A DNA stretch of 64,000 nucleotides. Origin: Octopus bimaculoides (Eukaryota). Location: contig NC_069001.1 in NCBI RefSeq assembly GCF_001194135.2, forward strand, positions 36,700,351-36,764,350, in the 5' to 3' direction. Below are positions 1 through 12,990 of this stretch, piece after piece (position 1 is the stretch's first letter; every line of letters starts with the position of its first letter). The notes below the pieces were generated by a model, which was not told where the DNA came from, did no database searches, and saw only the letters and a program-made list of their open reading frames with translations. A program made the position numbers and the translations under genes.

Positions 1-146
1 CATAGTTTACAATGAGGTGTTATAATCACAACAGCAAGAAAGTATGTCCGTGACCACCTTCTTTTACGAAACTTCATTGACTTTCATATATTTATATTGA
101 TATACATATATATATACGTGTGTTTGGGTGCGTGTGTGTATATACA

Positions 147-237
147 TCTCTATATATAAAGATGATGCGTAGTCTAGACGGCGTTTTTAGATTTCATTAT
201 TCTCTTTAACCCGGGCAACGCCGGGTATTTCTGCTAG
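147..237 (+). mobile_element. Non-autonomous mini-Helitron (about 91 bp)
   Basis: A|TC at 146/147 (tctctatatataaag), GC hairpin acccgg-gcaacg-ccgggt at 209-226, CTAG at 234-237 followed by T. The 3' end is canonical; the 5' end is less certain. Confidence 0.65.
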
Positions 238-578
238 TATATATATATATATATATATATGCATTGAGAATCATCTCCCATCGCCCACCGATGCTCGTCA
301 CTCTTCTGCGTTCTTTTTCTGCTGCTTGTTTAGTGAGTTGAACTGTTTTTTCATTGTTAATTTTATGTTTAGGTTTTTTTTTGTTATATTTGCTGACAAT
401 TGAACTGTGAACGCCGTTTTTACGATATTTCCGTCCTACGGGGCAGAAAAATTGTATTTGAACTGTGATTTGTGTTCCTGTTATAAGAAGAAAAATTATT
501 TTTTGTGAACTGCTTTTGTTTTCCCGTTAAGGGAAAATTAATTTTTGTGAAAAATTGGTTCAAGGCCATTTTTGTAAA

Positions 579-1688
579 ATGGAGGACGACATGGCAGCGA
601 GATTGAACTTTCTTCTTTGCGATGTGAATTTCCCACTTTTACAGGAAGATAGCAAACAGGTCAACCAGGAAGAAACGAAAGTAAATAGTTTCTCGGCCGC
701 CGTTGGCGGACAATTTTGCGAAATAGAAATTTCGAAAGAACAGCTGTTTAAATACAGGAATATGGTTTTAAAAAACTGGTAGCGAGACAAAACTGACACC
801 TCCAAAGGAAGGTAAACTGTCGTGTATAAAATTTACAACTGGAAGGAACGACGAATCATGGCTATGAAAACTGATATGGTTGAAAAGTGCCTCACCCCCA
901 TATGGCGAAAAATAAAATACGTAGGACGAGGTCCACGAAATGCGACTGTAGAGGCACAGTTTGAAAGTGCAGAGGTCGCCAAGGAAATTTCGTCACATAC
1001 ACCGAAGGCAGAGGAAATAATGCTACTACGACATACCTAGGCCGGAGAACCGCTAGAATTGTAATAGAAGAAATTCCGGCCGGGTACGACGTTAACTGGA
1101 TGGCAGCAGCACTTATATACGACGCGGAAGAGGAAATAAACATTCTCAGCATGAAGAAGAGAGAGGCATTAAACTGGAAAGGGCAGACCCTTGAATTATT
1201 GGTTTAAGCCTCAAATGAGACGTAAGAAACAAGACCTGATAGAATATTCATATGGGAGTGACTTAGTGCAAGAGTGTCGGTAGAGGGACGTCGACCCAGA
1301 TGCTTTAAATGTGGAGCAAAGGGTCACGTCCGCTCTGAATGTGAAAAAAATAAAGAAACCGACACAAAAGAGAACAGAGGTACCTCCCCAACAGGAAAAA
1401 AGATCTACAGGAGAAAGACCAACCCGAAAAAAAAACAAGAAAAAAGAAACAGTAAAACCAGAGAAAACACAAGAGAAAGGAAAAACACAAGATAAAGGAA
1501 ATACGCAAACAGAAGATTTGGAATTCACTATGGTATCCCATAAAAGGAAAAAATCCCTTGGCCCAGACTCCCCTCCCCTGACAAGAAAAAGAAAAGAGAC
1601 ATTGCAGAACACACAGAAAAACCCCATCCACTTCCAAATCAAAACCCACCCCAAAACACGCACAGGGAGAAAGAATAGTATTGTATAA
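579..1688 (+). pseudogene. LINE ORF1 (gag-like) remnant with CCHC zinc knuckle
   Basis: ATG at 579 (MEDDMAARL...), several broken frames, CFKCGAKGHVRSEC (C-x2-C-x4-H-x4-C) at 1301-1342, then a Lys/Glu/Thr-rich tail. Confidence 0.8.
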
Positions 1689-2096
1689 TACAAAAAATAA
1701 AGTTTTGTATGATTTAATAACAAGGAAAAATTACACAACATGGGGGCCTATAGAAGGCAAACCNNNNNNNNNNNNNNNNNNNNNNNNNNNNNNNNNNNNN
1801 NNNNNNNNNNNNNNNNNNNNNNNNNNNNNNNNNNNNNNNNNNNNNNNNNNNNNNNNNNNNNNNNNNNNNNNNNNNNNNNNNNNNNNNNNNNNNNNNNNNN
1901 NNNNNNNNNNNNNNNNNNNNNNNNNNNNNNNNNNNNNNNNNNNNNNNNNNNNNNNNNNNNNNNNNNNNNNNNNNNNNNNNNNNNNNNNNNNNNNNNNNNN
2001 NNNNNNNNNNNNNNNNNNNNNNNNNNNNNNNNNNNNNNNNNNNNNNNNNNNNNNNNNNNNNNNNNNNNNNNNNNNNNNNNNNNNNNNNNNNNNNNN

Positions 2097-3450
2097 AAAC
2101 ATGCCTCCTAGACGACCTCTGGTCACGAGAGTTGGATATATGTGTTGTGACTGAGTCCAAGTTGAACGGCCCACAGGCGTTCTCGCCTCTTCTGAACGAC
2201 TACGAGAAATTTATTTCTCCGAGTCAAGGAAGGGGTGGGGGCGTAGTGGTGCTGTTCAAAAAAACTTGGACGTACAGGTAAGAACAGTCTTTCTAGACCC
2301 AGAAGGTAGGCTGTGCGTTCTAGATGTGACACACGTGAGTAAGCAGTCCTTCAGGTTGGTGGCAGTCTATGCTCCAAATGAGGATAGACAAACGGTTTTC
2401 TTTCGAGACTTGGAGAATTTCCTAGTGACGTCGAAAACTTTAGTTTCAACAGGAGACTTCAACACTATTCTCGACGCGCGAGGGGATAGTGTAGGCTCGA
2501 CCAATAGGAAGGGAAATCCTGGCCTAAAAAGGCTACTAGCGAGCTATAAACTAGTAGACCCGTACAGACTGGATGAACCGCTCGTTCCACAGTGGACGTG
2601 GTCTAATAACGATGGTTCACTCAGGTCTTACTTAGATAGGGTTATCATAAAAGATAGTGATAGAGATACAGTTAGTTGTCCACATTTTTATTGTACCTCC
2701 TACACGGATCACAAATTTGTGACATGTGAGGTACATCTAGTTAAGTGTCATAGACAGGGACCGGGGTACTGGAAGATGAACAAGTCTATTTTGACTAGTA
2801 AAGTCTTCTGTACCCGGGTTAAGGAGTTAGTTCAGAGGGCATTACGTGGAGCCATCGTAAATAAAAGATGGTGGTGCGCCCTCAAAAGAGCCATTCGTTC
2901 AGAGTCTCTTAGATTTAGTAAAGAGTTAAGTTTAGAGCAGACTAGAATAGAATGGCAATAAATTAAGGGATTAGAGGAGGCTATGGCATCAGGCTCTGCA
3001 TCCAGAGTATTGGCGGCGAGAACGGTGTTACACCGTCATCTCAAAGCCAAACACGAAGGGTGTAGAGTCAGGGCTAAGCTACGCCGGTGGGTAGAGAAGG
3101 TATTAACGTTGCCGGATGGGCCCGTCGTGTGAAGAGTCGGAGAGGCAGAGAAGCTTCTGTACAGTCTTTAATTGACGAACAGGGGCGTAAGACCGAAGGA
3201 CAGGAGGAGATGCAGAAGGCCTTTCACCAGCATTTCGCTCAGTTGTTTGGGGCGAGCGAGGCGTTGGACCATGGAGAGCCTTTAAGGGAATTCTTAGCCG
3301 ACGGGCCGCGACTCTCGGCGCGGGAAGCGAAGTGTTGTGAAGGAGCGATCACAGCTGCGGAGGTCAAAGTGGTGCTGGCCGAATGCACTCGGGACAAGTC
3401 GCCGGGGCTGGATGGTCTGCCCTAGGAGTTCTATAGTAGTATGCTGGACT
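2097..3450 (+). pseudogene. LINE ORF2 remnant: APE endonuclease, linker and N-terminus of RT
   Basis: DICVVTESK, GRGGGVVVLFKK (frameshift), GRL, LVAVYAPN, GDFN, WTW, SYLDRV, TDHK, GPGYWKMNKSIL (L1/Tx1-typical), KSPGLDGLP*EFY. Stops at 2959-2961 and 3423-3425. Confidence 0.9.
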
Positions 3451-4350
3451 NNNNNNNNNNNNNNNNNNNNNNNNNNNNNNNNNNNNNNNNNNNNNNNNNN
3501 NNNNNNNNNNNNNNNNNNNNNNNNNNNNNNNNNNNNNNNNNNNNNNNNNNNNNNNNNNNNNNNNNNNNNNNNNNNNNNNNNNNNNNNNNNNNNNNNNNNN
3601 NNNNNNNNNNNNNNNNNNNNNNNNNNNNNNNNNNNNNNNNNNNNNNNNNNNNNNNNNNNNNNNNNNNNNNNNNNNNNNNNNNNNNNNNNNNNNNNNNNNN
3701 NNNNNNNNNNNNNNNNNNNNNNNNNNNNNNNNNNNNNNNNNNNNNNNNNNNNNNNNNNNNNNNNNNNNNNNNNNNNNNNNNNNNNNNNNNNNNNNNNNNN
3801 NNNNNNNNNNNNNNNNNNNNNNNNNNNNNNNNNNNNNNNNNNNNNNNNNNNNNNNNNNNNNNNNNNNNNNNNNNNNNNNNNNNNNNNNNNNNNNNNNNNN
3901 NNNNNNNNNNNNNNNNNNNNNNNNNNNNNNNNNNNNNNNNNNNNNNNNNNNNNNNNNNNNNNNNNNNNNNNNNNNNNNNNNNNNNNNNNNNNNNNNNNNN
4001 NNNNNNNNNNNNNNNNNNNNNNNNNNNNNNNNNNNNNNNNNNNNNNNNNNNNNNNNNNNNNNNNNNNNNNNNNNNNNNNNNNNNNNNNNNNNNNNNNNNN
4101 NNNNNNNNNNNNNNNNNNNNNNNNNNNNNNNNNNNNNNNNNNNNNNNNNNNNNNNNNNNNNNNNNNNNNNNNNNNNNNNNNNNNNNNNNNNNNNNNNNNN
4201 NNNNNNNNNNNNNNNNNNNNNNNNNNNNNNNNNNNNNNNNNNNNNNNNNNNNNNNNNNNNNNNNNNNNNNNNNNNNNNNNNNNNNNNNNTGACAGGACCA
4301 AATGGAGGTGGTGCCTGGGGATTCTAATCCCACGACCTTCCCAGGAATAG

Positions 4351-4512
4351 CGGCTGGCTGGGTAGCTATCTAGCTAGCTAGCTGGATGGATGGATGGGTA
4401 GCTGGCTGTCTGGCTGTCTGGTTGTCTGGCTGTCTGGCTGGATGACTGGCTGGCTGGCTGGATGGATGGATGGATGGATGGATGGATAAATGGATGGATG
4501 GATAGGTGGGTG
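4351..4512. repeat. Compound tetranucleotide microsatellite (GGCT/GGAT/TAGC)n
   Basis: Directly visible. Confidence 0.95.
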
Positions 4513-4922
4513 GGTGTCTTCTTTCTATTCATGGATCGATGCGGTTTTAAACATGAAATGCGTTTTATTAAAACTACTATCAACAACGCTAAACCCAAAC
4601 ATCTATTTGGTTTATAATAAAGAACAAAGGCGTCATATTTAATACATACTCACCATGCTGTTGATTTCCTATTGTAATAATAGGAATAGGAGCACACCAC
4701 AGTTGAGTGACCACTGACAACAGGAATGCTGAAAGCAGGATTACCTTGCTAGTGGTTACCATCTTTTAGTTCATCAATCTGAAACGGATTAATAACATCA
4801 GCTGCAGCAACATCAAGAGCAACATCAACATCAGCAACAACATCAAGAATAACAACAACTACTCCTCCTTCTCCTCCATCCCCTCCTCCCCTCCTCCTCC
4901 TCCTACTACTACTACTACTGAG

Positions 4923-5260
4923 GAGACCCCCTTCGGTCATGAATGACCATGGGATTGCACCTAGAAAGTTACCCTCCGAGGCACAAGTCCGAGCAAGGTT
5001 GTTTGTGGAAGGCCAGCAGTCACCCATGAATACCAGTCTCTCCTCTCCACACCACTGATGTTATCCAAGAGAAAGGCAAAGGGGCCGATACAGCTTGGCA
5101 CCAGTGATGTCGCAACTCATTTCTACAGCTGAGTTAACTGGAGCAACGTGAAATAGAGTGTCTTGCTGAAGAACACAACACGCAGCCCGGTCCAGGAATC
5201 GAACTCACAAGCCTACGATCGTAATCTCAACGCTCTAACCACTAAGCCATGCGCCTTCAC
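4923..5260 (-). mobile_element. tRNA-headed SINE, family B, inserted in a (TAC)n tract
   Basis: Reverse strand begins gtgaaggcgcatggcttagtggttagagcg...gagttcgattcc (A and B boxes), then core gtgttcttcagcaagacac. (TAC)n on both flanks. Confidence 0.85.
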
Positions 5261-5427
5261 TACTACTACTACTAGTACTACTACTACTACAAAACAAACA
5301 GTTTTGTCAATTGCTTTTATGAAGTGTTTGAAGTGTACTTTTGTATGCAAAATCTAAATATGAAATCACAATTTTCCTCTCCGGCTTTCTTTTCTTGTGA
5401 TGCACTTTTCTTTCTAGATAATGTAGG

Positions 5428-6305
5428 TTTCAAATTTTGGCACAGGCCCAGTAATTTAATGGGTGGGAATAAGTCAATTACATTGACCCAAATTCTCAGT
5501 CTGGCGCCTATTTTGTCGAGCCCGAAAAGATGAAAGGGAAATTCAACCCCGATGGAATTGATCTCAGAACATAAAGATAGGTGAATGCCTATTTCTTTAC
5601 TGCCCACAAGGGGCTACACACAGAGGGGACAAACAAGGACAGACAAACGGATTAAGTCGATTATATCGACTCCAGTACGTAACTGGTACTTAATTTATCG
5701 ACCCCGAAAGGATGAAAGGCAAAGTCGACCGCGGCGGAATTTGAACTCAGAACGCAGTGGCAGACGAAATACCGCTAAGCATTTCGCCCGGCGTGCTAAC
5801 GATTCTGCCAGTTCGCCGCCCTCCACGTATCTAATATTCTTTTCTACTCTAGGCGCAAGACCCGAAGTTTTGGGAGAGGAGCAAGTCGATTAGATCGACC
5901 CCAGTACGTAACTGGTACTTAATTTCATCGCCTTTGGAAGGATGACAGGCAAAGTCGACCTAGGTGGAATTTGAACTCAGAACGTAAAGACAGACGTAAT
6001 ACCACTAAGCATTTCGCCTGGCGTGCCAACGTTTCTGTCAGCTTGCCGCCTTGCTTCCACGTGTCTAATATTTAAAAAAAATTCCAAGGCGGCAAGCTGA
6101 TAGAATCGTTTGCACGCCGGAAAAAATGCTTAGTGACATTTCATCCGTTTTTATGTTCGAGTTCAAATCCCTCTAAGGTTGACTTTGTCTTTCATTCTCC
6201 CGGAATCGATAAAATAAGTACCAGACAAGTGCTGGGGTCGATGTAATCGACTTACTTCCTACACCCTGAAACAGCTAACCTTGTGCCAAAATATGAAACC
6301 AATAT
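5428..6305. mobile_element. Cluster of family A SINEs: three minus copies (about 5428-5575, 5590-5820, 5836-6052) and one plus copy (6085-6305)
   Basis: Consensus aaggcggcgagctggcagaatcgttagc...gagttcaaattcc (B box)...gtcgactttgcctttcatcctttcggggtcgataa...gtaccag. Confidence 0.9.
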
Positions 6306-8528
6306 TAATATCAACTGTATTAATTTTTATGTAAAATTAGTACAATTTTATTCCTTTGCAAAGTTCTGCAGTGTAGCAGTCTGTATAGCTTAAGACATGT
6401 TTACACTAGTTCAGACATAAGCCTAGTCTTTGTTTGTAGATCAGCTTGAAGTTTCCTTGTAAATGTTGCAAAAGAAACTGCTGGTCTATGTCGCTCTATC
6501 ATGGCTGTACGCAAGTGTTGTATTCATGTAGATGTCCTGCCACGCGGCGGAACTGTCTGAATCAACCTAATTTCTTCTGGTATGTATTGATCTCACGTTA
6601 AATTCCTAGAAACATAAATTTATACTATTAACAAAATGCTATCAATTTCATTTAAGATGTAAAGAGTTGAACCTTTTTTATTTTTTGTTTAAAATATTTA
6701 ATGCCACTAAGCGGATGGTCAAACGGTTCTGAAATGAAATGTCATTTGCTATGCCATTCTGTTCTAATTTTAATTTGGGGGAAAAAAACAAACGCAAAAT
6801 GGATAATTTTAAAAACTAAACTTTCAGTTAATACCCTAACCTACCGTCTGCAATGAGACGAGTTCCCCACCGTCTGCAATGAGACGAGTTCCCCACTAGT
6901 GCTCAAATTCCAGTACCAAATTTTCGTGTACATATTACATTAAGTAATAAAGAATCAAACAATGAGTATATCAAGAAGAAAAAGGTGAAGACATTTGTTA
7001 TCTAATATTCCAGATTTAAGATTACATGGTTGTCATCTATTGCAAAGTGATGCTAAGTTTGTTTTCTGCAGTCACCATAATAAATTTTTAAAATGGTTCT
7101 CCCATGAAGATGAAATTGTGTTTTGTAAAAGTCAGTGATAGAGCTTATTGGTCAGGATAGTGAATAAGAAGCGATTGTTCAATGATTTTTCAAGAGTCAG
7201 GTTCAGAGCAGTATTTCTTCATAACAGAAGTAAATTCAGTTTTGTATCTACGAGACCTGTTGCAAATATGAAAGAGCTATGCATCATTATGCAGTTACTT
7301 TTAGAAAAGGCTCACTGTCAGAAATACAAGTAGAATATCCATGGAGATTTTTAGAACGTTGCACTTTTGCTAAGTTTGCAATAAATTACACAAAATGTGT
7401 TTCTTTTTTATATAAGTGGAGCAGTTGTGGTAAAACAACTACGTTCAGAAAAATTGCCCTAGACGTACGAGTGTGACTGTATTGCATGGTCACAGCGTAG
7501 TTGGTGATTTGGGAATGTCACTGTATAGTCTGGCGACAATGCAGTTGTGTATATTTTGAGAGAATGTAGTCACGTGTTGTTTCGTTACAGTGAACTTGAT
7601 ATGCTATTTGTTGACAGTGCTGCGTCGATAACCTTCGTGTAGTTTGTACGTTATTTACGGACAGATTAATTAGTACGATCAGCATGTAGCTGGGCTTTTC
7701 CTTTTCTTAACTGGGTAGGTGGTATATTGTTTGCTGATAGTGTAATTGTAATATGTTCACAATCTTATACTTTGATGTTTGTTGGTGGTATAGTAGGCAT
7801 ATTATTTGATAACACTTCTGTTGTTTGCTCAGCGTCAGAATGTGTGATTTGGTCACAGTGTAGTTCACATGTAACTTGGTTACAATGTAGTGTTATGTTT
7901 ATTGTTAACAGTGTGATTAGTATATCGTTTCAAAACAGTATAGTTAGTATGCTGTTTGGTGTGCTTTGGGTTGTGTTTGATAATATAGTTTGTTTGCTGC
8001 TTGGTGACTACGAACTAGGAAGTAATAAACCCTAGGAAGAGCTCAACAGCATAAGCTTTTCAGAGAACACGTCCCGACCCCACTTCACAACTTATTAAAG
8101 AGTTTCGGCCCTTAACTTTTACACTCTAAGGAGGTCGAGCCATAACCTAGTCATAGCTCTTGATACTCCTCTGCTGTCACATTTTGTACCAGTGTTTGCA
8201 TTTTAACATTAAACTTTCTGGGTGGGTACCCCATAGACAAGAAACCTTATATTTTATCACCACATCGGTCTGAGAATCTATACATACATAAATACATACA
8301 TACATACATATGTATATATACGTATATATATCTACACACACACGCATACACACACATGTATGTATGTATGTATGTATGTATACACGCACTCAAACACACT
8401 TATCCAAACTCTTTAATCCTGATAGTGACAAACCATATTAAAAAGAGGTTTGGTAATATCGCATAACTGCTGTGAATGCTGTAAATTAAAAATACCTAAT
8501 ATAGCCTGTTATTGATCAACCCTCTAAC

Positions 8529-8787
8529 TAGTGGTTCTCAGCTGGGTTCCATATGATCCTTGCGGTCCATTTGGCATTTGAGGTTCTGTATAAGATTTTG
8601 TTGTTAAAATTTATGTACAATAAATTGGTAATACTTCTACAATACTCAAAATATTTTAACAATTTGTGATTACAATTGTTAATAATATTTAATTATAAAA
8701 ATATAATAGGAATTTTTAAGCATCAAACGGGTATGAGGGTCCATCCCAGTAAAATAGGAATCAAAGGAGAATGGTTGAGAGCCACTG
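8529..8787. mobile_element. hAT (Charlie-like) MITE
   Basis: Termini (t)agtggttctcagc / ggttgagagccactg; near-duplicated flank cctctaac / ctctaaac. A second copy of the family lies at 62080-62332. Confidence 0.75.
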
Positions 8788-10152
8788 CTCTAAACCTTTG
8801 TTACAGCATATTAGTTAGCTCCTCTATGAAGTAATCTATAACAAATGTGTATAAAAAATCTAAATAGGCAGCGTCATAGTAGTCAGGCCCTATTGTAACG
8901 CAATTAAATATGTACCCCATTATTTTGAGTATTCACACTTCAACCCGTCTTGATTTTGATTTCAGTGCATCATTTCTAAAAGACATTGTTTAGTCACTCT
9001 AAGAAATTTTGTGCTTTCTTTTTCGTTTCGATACCTGTAGTGAAGTCATTGATAAAGTGTTGTGGTGAAGAAAAGTTTAATTGCATTTCCATTTTTAATT
9101 CATTGTGAAGAATTTCTCTACATTTCTTAAAATCCTTTTCCGTAACTATTGCAAAGTCCGTTGACGAAAATATATCTCACGGAGACATCTGGTCCCGAAG
9201 TATGCCAGTTAATACTGAATTTTTCAGTAAATTTGTTCGCGCTACAATCTCAACTCTTTACTTGTCCAAAGCATTTTCATAAGTTTGTCCTATCCATTCA
9301 TGCTTGTTTTCAGACTTTTAATTGGTTCTTGTGTCATGTTTTGAGTAATATAAAGCTTTCCTGTCATAAGTCCCAAGTTACTCTAACAGTTGAAAACAAT
9401 TAGAAATGTGTATTATTTATGATCCATGGACGCTAAGCAAGTGTGTCTTATATATAACATGTGATATACAGGACAGGTAAACGGTTAAGTAGAAAAGTTT
9501 ACTAAAGGTAGAAAAAAGATTAGATACGCTTCGCTACATCTCATTTGCTACCCTACCAATTAGATGAAAACTTCTATTGTTCAGTAGAGGATAGAGAAAA
9601 TAACAAGATATAATAAGGTGTCATATGTTGTGAGTTGATATTCATTTGGGAATGTCAAGCACAGAAGAGTTTTATTAATCAAATTATTGATCAATTTTCT
9701 TCCTTCTGAGATTGTATCAAATCTAATAAGTAGAGTAGACATGAGGGCGGATAGGGAACCTGAGGAGAATTGTGTTGATTGGCCCTCTCCCTGCTTTTCC
9801 CAGGTGAATCCTCGCCAAGCGTTTTGTCTATACATTTTATATATGATACCCCATCAAACATTTGCAAATATTTTGATAAATACCAGTTCCTTGCAAACAT
9901 AGATGAATATACACACAAACACACATACAACCATAATGCAAACATACGCATATACATATATACGCATACATGCACACATACGTATAGGTAGGTAGGTAGG
10001 TAGATAGGTAGGTAGGTAGGTAGGTAGGTAGGTAGGTAGGAAGGTAGCTAGACAGATAGATAGATTAATAGATTCACCTATATGTATATGTATGCGTTTG
10101 TGTGCATATGCGTATGTGTATATGTGTATACGCATCTACATATGTATGTGCT

Positions 10153-10201
<49 letters not shown>

Positions 10202-10264
10202 TGTTCAATTAATGTAGCCTAAGTTTTGATAATTTAGAACAATGATTGAAGGGATTCTAGCCAT

Positions 10265-10415
10265 GGTAGTGGTGGTGGTAGTCGTCGTGGTGGTGGTAGT
10301 CGTGGTGGTGGTGGTAGTCGTCGTGGTGGTGGTAGTCGTCGTGGTGGTGGTAGTCGTCGTGGTGGTGGTAGTCGTCGTGGTGGTGGTAGTCGTCGTGGTG
10401 GTGGTGGTGGTAGTA
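10265..10415. repeat. 18-bp minisatellite (GTGGTGGTGGTAGTCGTC)n
   Basis: Directly visible; explains the poly-Val, poly-Thr and PPPRRL ORFs. Confidence 0.95.
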
Positions 10416-12519
10416 TGGCGGTGTCTACGAGGCTTCGCTTCACTTTGTTCCATGTATTACATACATATCAGTAAAACAGTTTAAAGAAAATTTGTTCCTT
10501 ATTGAAGAACCATGATCAAATGTGGCAGTGGCGGGAGGGGAGAGGTTAAAAACTACAAGTACATTACTGGTATTTAGTTTATTCACTACTTTGGAATAGC
10601 TAATAGCTTTATTCTTTTGTTCTTTTATGCTTTTACTCGTTTCATTCGTTTGACTGCGGCCTTGCTGAAGCACTGCCTTAAAAGCTTTTAGTCGAAGAAA
10701 TCGACCTCAGGACTTATTTCACGAGCAAGCTGTTCCGTTGATCAGATGAACTTGAACCTCCGTCGTTGTAACTCACAGAGCTGCCAGTTAATGCTCAGAA
10801 CTGACTAGCGGATAAAAAACAAGAACGGTAGGGCCAACAGCAATAGAATCTACAAATATTGTGTTATAGCAAATACAACTACAACAATAAGCCGACGGGT
10901 TAATCTCCAGCAAACCAACGAGTGTGCTTCAAGACCAAACTGCGACCCGTGAGACCTTCTGAATGGCACCTTTAACGAAAAATTGCTCTGGCTTTTTTTT
11001 TAGTAGTGCGGCTCGCCTGGTGATGAGTAATGTCACATGTGGCCCGCTTTGCCAAAAAAAAGTTGCATTCTTTACACGGTCGCTCGATCTACAAAAGTAG
11101 CAGTAAAATTCCTTTCAAATGACAACTTCTTGTCTTTAAAAAAGATTAAATTTGACAATTCTGTCTCTGATCTATAAAATGACGGGAAGGTCACGGCTAG
11201 AAGTTCTTTGTTCACAAATCTACTCGATCAGGAATGATTTTTCAGGTAAACAACAGCAACAAGTCTACACCACTACCACTAGAAGAAATAGCAATCGAAT
11301 ATCCTTCAAATCCCACCCAGCAGCCCATAGAATACTTCAGTTCCCAGTAATTATTAACTCAATTCAAAGCTCGAATGGGACACACAAAGGAATACTGCTT
11401 TCACATCGGAGATCACTATCAAAGATTTCCACCCGATTTAGTGGCCTAAAGTACTTAGTTATCCTGTTCCAATCTCTGACCCACAGACGTGCTGTTGCTT
11501 TTTCTACCCAACTCACTACTTATGTTATTACCTCTGCTCCTCAAGGTCGGTTAACTGATATTGTAATCTAGTGCTACCTTCACTCAAGCTGAACTCATTC
11601 ACTGCTACTGTTTCCCATGCTGGGTCACAGTCCGGGCCCGGTGCTAAACACTATGTTTAGTTCTTCTACGGAAACCGTTGGTCCTTTTGAAATTCCATCC
11701 GTGTTCAAGTTTTTCCTACAGCCATCGACCGACTAACAAATGAAGAAAATTAACAACGGTGATCTCACTGGTTTGATAGGGGCCTAGAAATCCCTTAAAA
11801 GATATAGTTACGACTAGAAAGTATTTGATAACTATTTTGCAATATTAGATTTGATCTCGAAATAAAATCAGCAACTAATGTATTAAGAAGTTTTTTATGC
11901 TCTCTGGGGCCCTATCTTATAAATATCAAGTTCGATGTTTAAATAATATTAGCTGTTAAATATCTCTACATACACATATACATACATGTTTACGTGTGCA
12001 CACATGTGCGTATCTAAATATAACCACATTAGCGTACGCGTTTATACAGGTAATTTTCAGCGACACAAGCGACCCAGTGAACGAGCCACCAAGTAGTTGT
12101 TTGACTTGATCGAAGCAGCAGCTGACTTCCAACATTACATCCTACCGTCTTAAAAATGGGAGGGTACAGAGGACAATGTTGTCCCAGATCCTGCTAAAAA
12201 GAAAGAATTGATCGTAGATCAACTCGATCAAGAACGACCTCGAATTAAACATTAACAATAATAGCGATACAAGTCTACAAAATTTGTAGAGAAAGACAAT
12301 AACTGTTTGAATCAGCCCTCAGTATCTGGTGGAGCTTCGGATGAGAGAGAGAGGATAAAAAGTATATTCGATTCAAGCGATAATTATTTATATATTCATT
12401 TCTGACATTGGCACAAATCTACAAATTTTATAGAAAAGAGATACACGATATAAAATCGTTTGCATTGATCCATGAACTTTATGGACCTTACTTTTTATTT
12501 GCTAGATTTGGAGGAAGAT

Positions 12520-12990
12520 GCCGTACCTGTGACTTCTGAAGGCCCTTCAAAATCAGTAAGCTGATGCTTTTAATGATCCACTTAATGTGTTGCTACTCAA
12601 AATCTACGAGGATAACATGAGCAGGAAGAGATTTCTAGAGAGGTGATATTCTGGGGAAGGATGGAGAGCAAAAGTCAGTGCAGGGCTTGGTAGAGGAACA
12701 CAAAGTCAGTAATAAGAATGACAGAGACGGCTGAATCGGAAGTACCTGAATGGAGATGGACTGAAACCAAAGAAGTAGATGTCATTATAGCAACGATAGA
12801 AAAAAGGCTGAGGAAATAGATAGGACATATGTGGGTCGAGGAGTGGAGCGTGACTGAGTTGTTTAATATTATAAGTCAAATGACCTTTCTTTCTCTAGAT
12901 GCGGTCAGTAATAGCATCGTCCCATATTTAGGAGCAATATCCAAACGTGGGCCTGACCTGCGATTTTTTGAGAGGCACAAAAGAGATGGG
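12520..12990 (-). mobile_element. Highly decayed CR1/L2-type LINE 3' fragment
   Basis: Minus strand gives broken matches to the RT C-terminus (QVRPTFGYC; KSLPAHV...KWIIKSI). Confidence 0.5.

Larger units (their letters stand above)
261..3450 (+). mobile_element. L1/Tx1-clade non-LTR retrotransposon, decayed; 3' part lost in gap 3451-4289
   Basis: T-rich 5' leader, then an ORF1 remnant with a zinc knuckle, then an ORF2 remnant with APE endonuclease and the start of RT. Stops and frameshifts in both ORFs. Confidence 0.9.

Noticed and set aside
5170-5260. tRNA gene calls for SINE heads (also near 16000, 19560, 35800 and 63250)
   Set aside because: A and B boxes are present, but no full cloverleaf; each continues into a SINE body.
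6843-6894. Perfect 26-bp tandem duplication (similar short ones near 23021 and 33791)
   Set aside because: Ordinary slippage or repair duplications with no further structure.
8040-8200. Possible hammerhead ribozyme (ccgaaac on the minus strand; also ctgatga near 36078)
   Set aside because: I could not place both CUGAnGA and GAAA cores with the required stems. An RNAMotif or Infernal search would be decisive.
10205-10484. Poly-Val, poly-Thr and PPPRRL ORFs, and similar IYIY, HTHT or poly-Leu ORFs elsewhere
   Set aside because: Translations of micro- and minisatellites with no splice or homology support.
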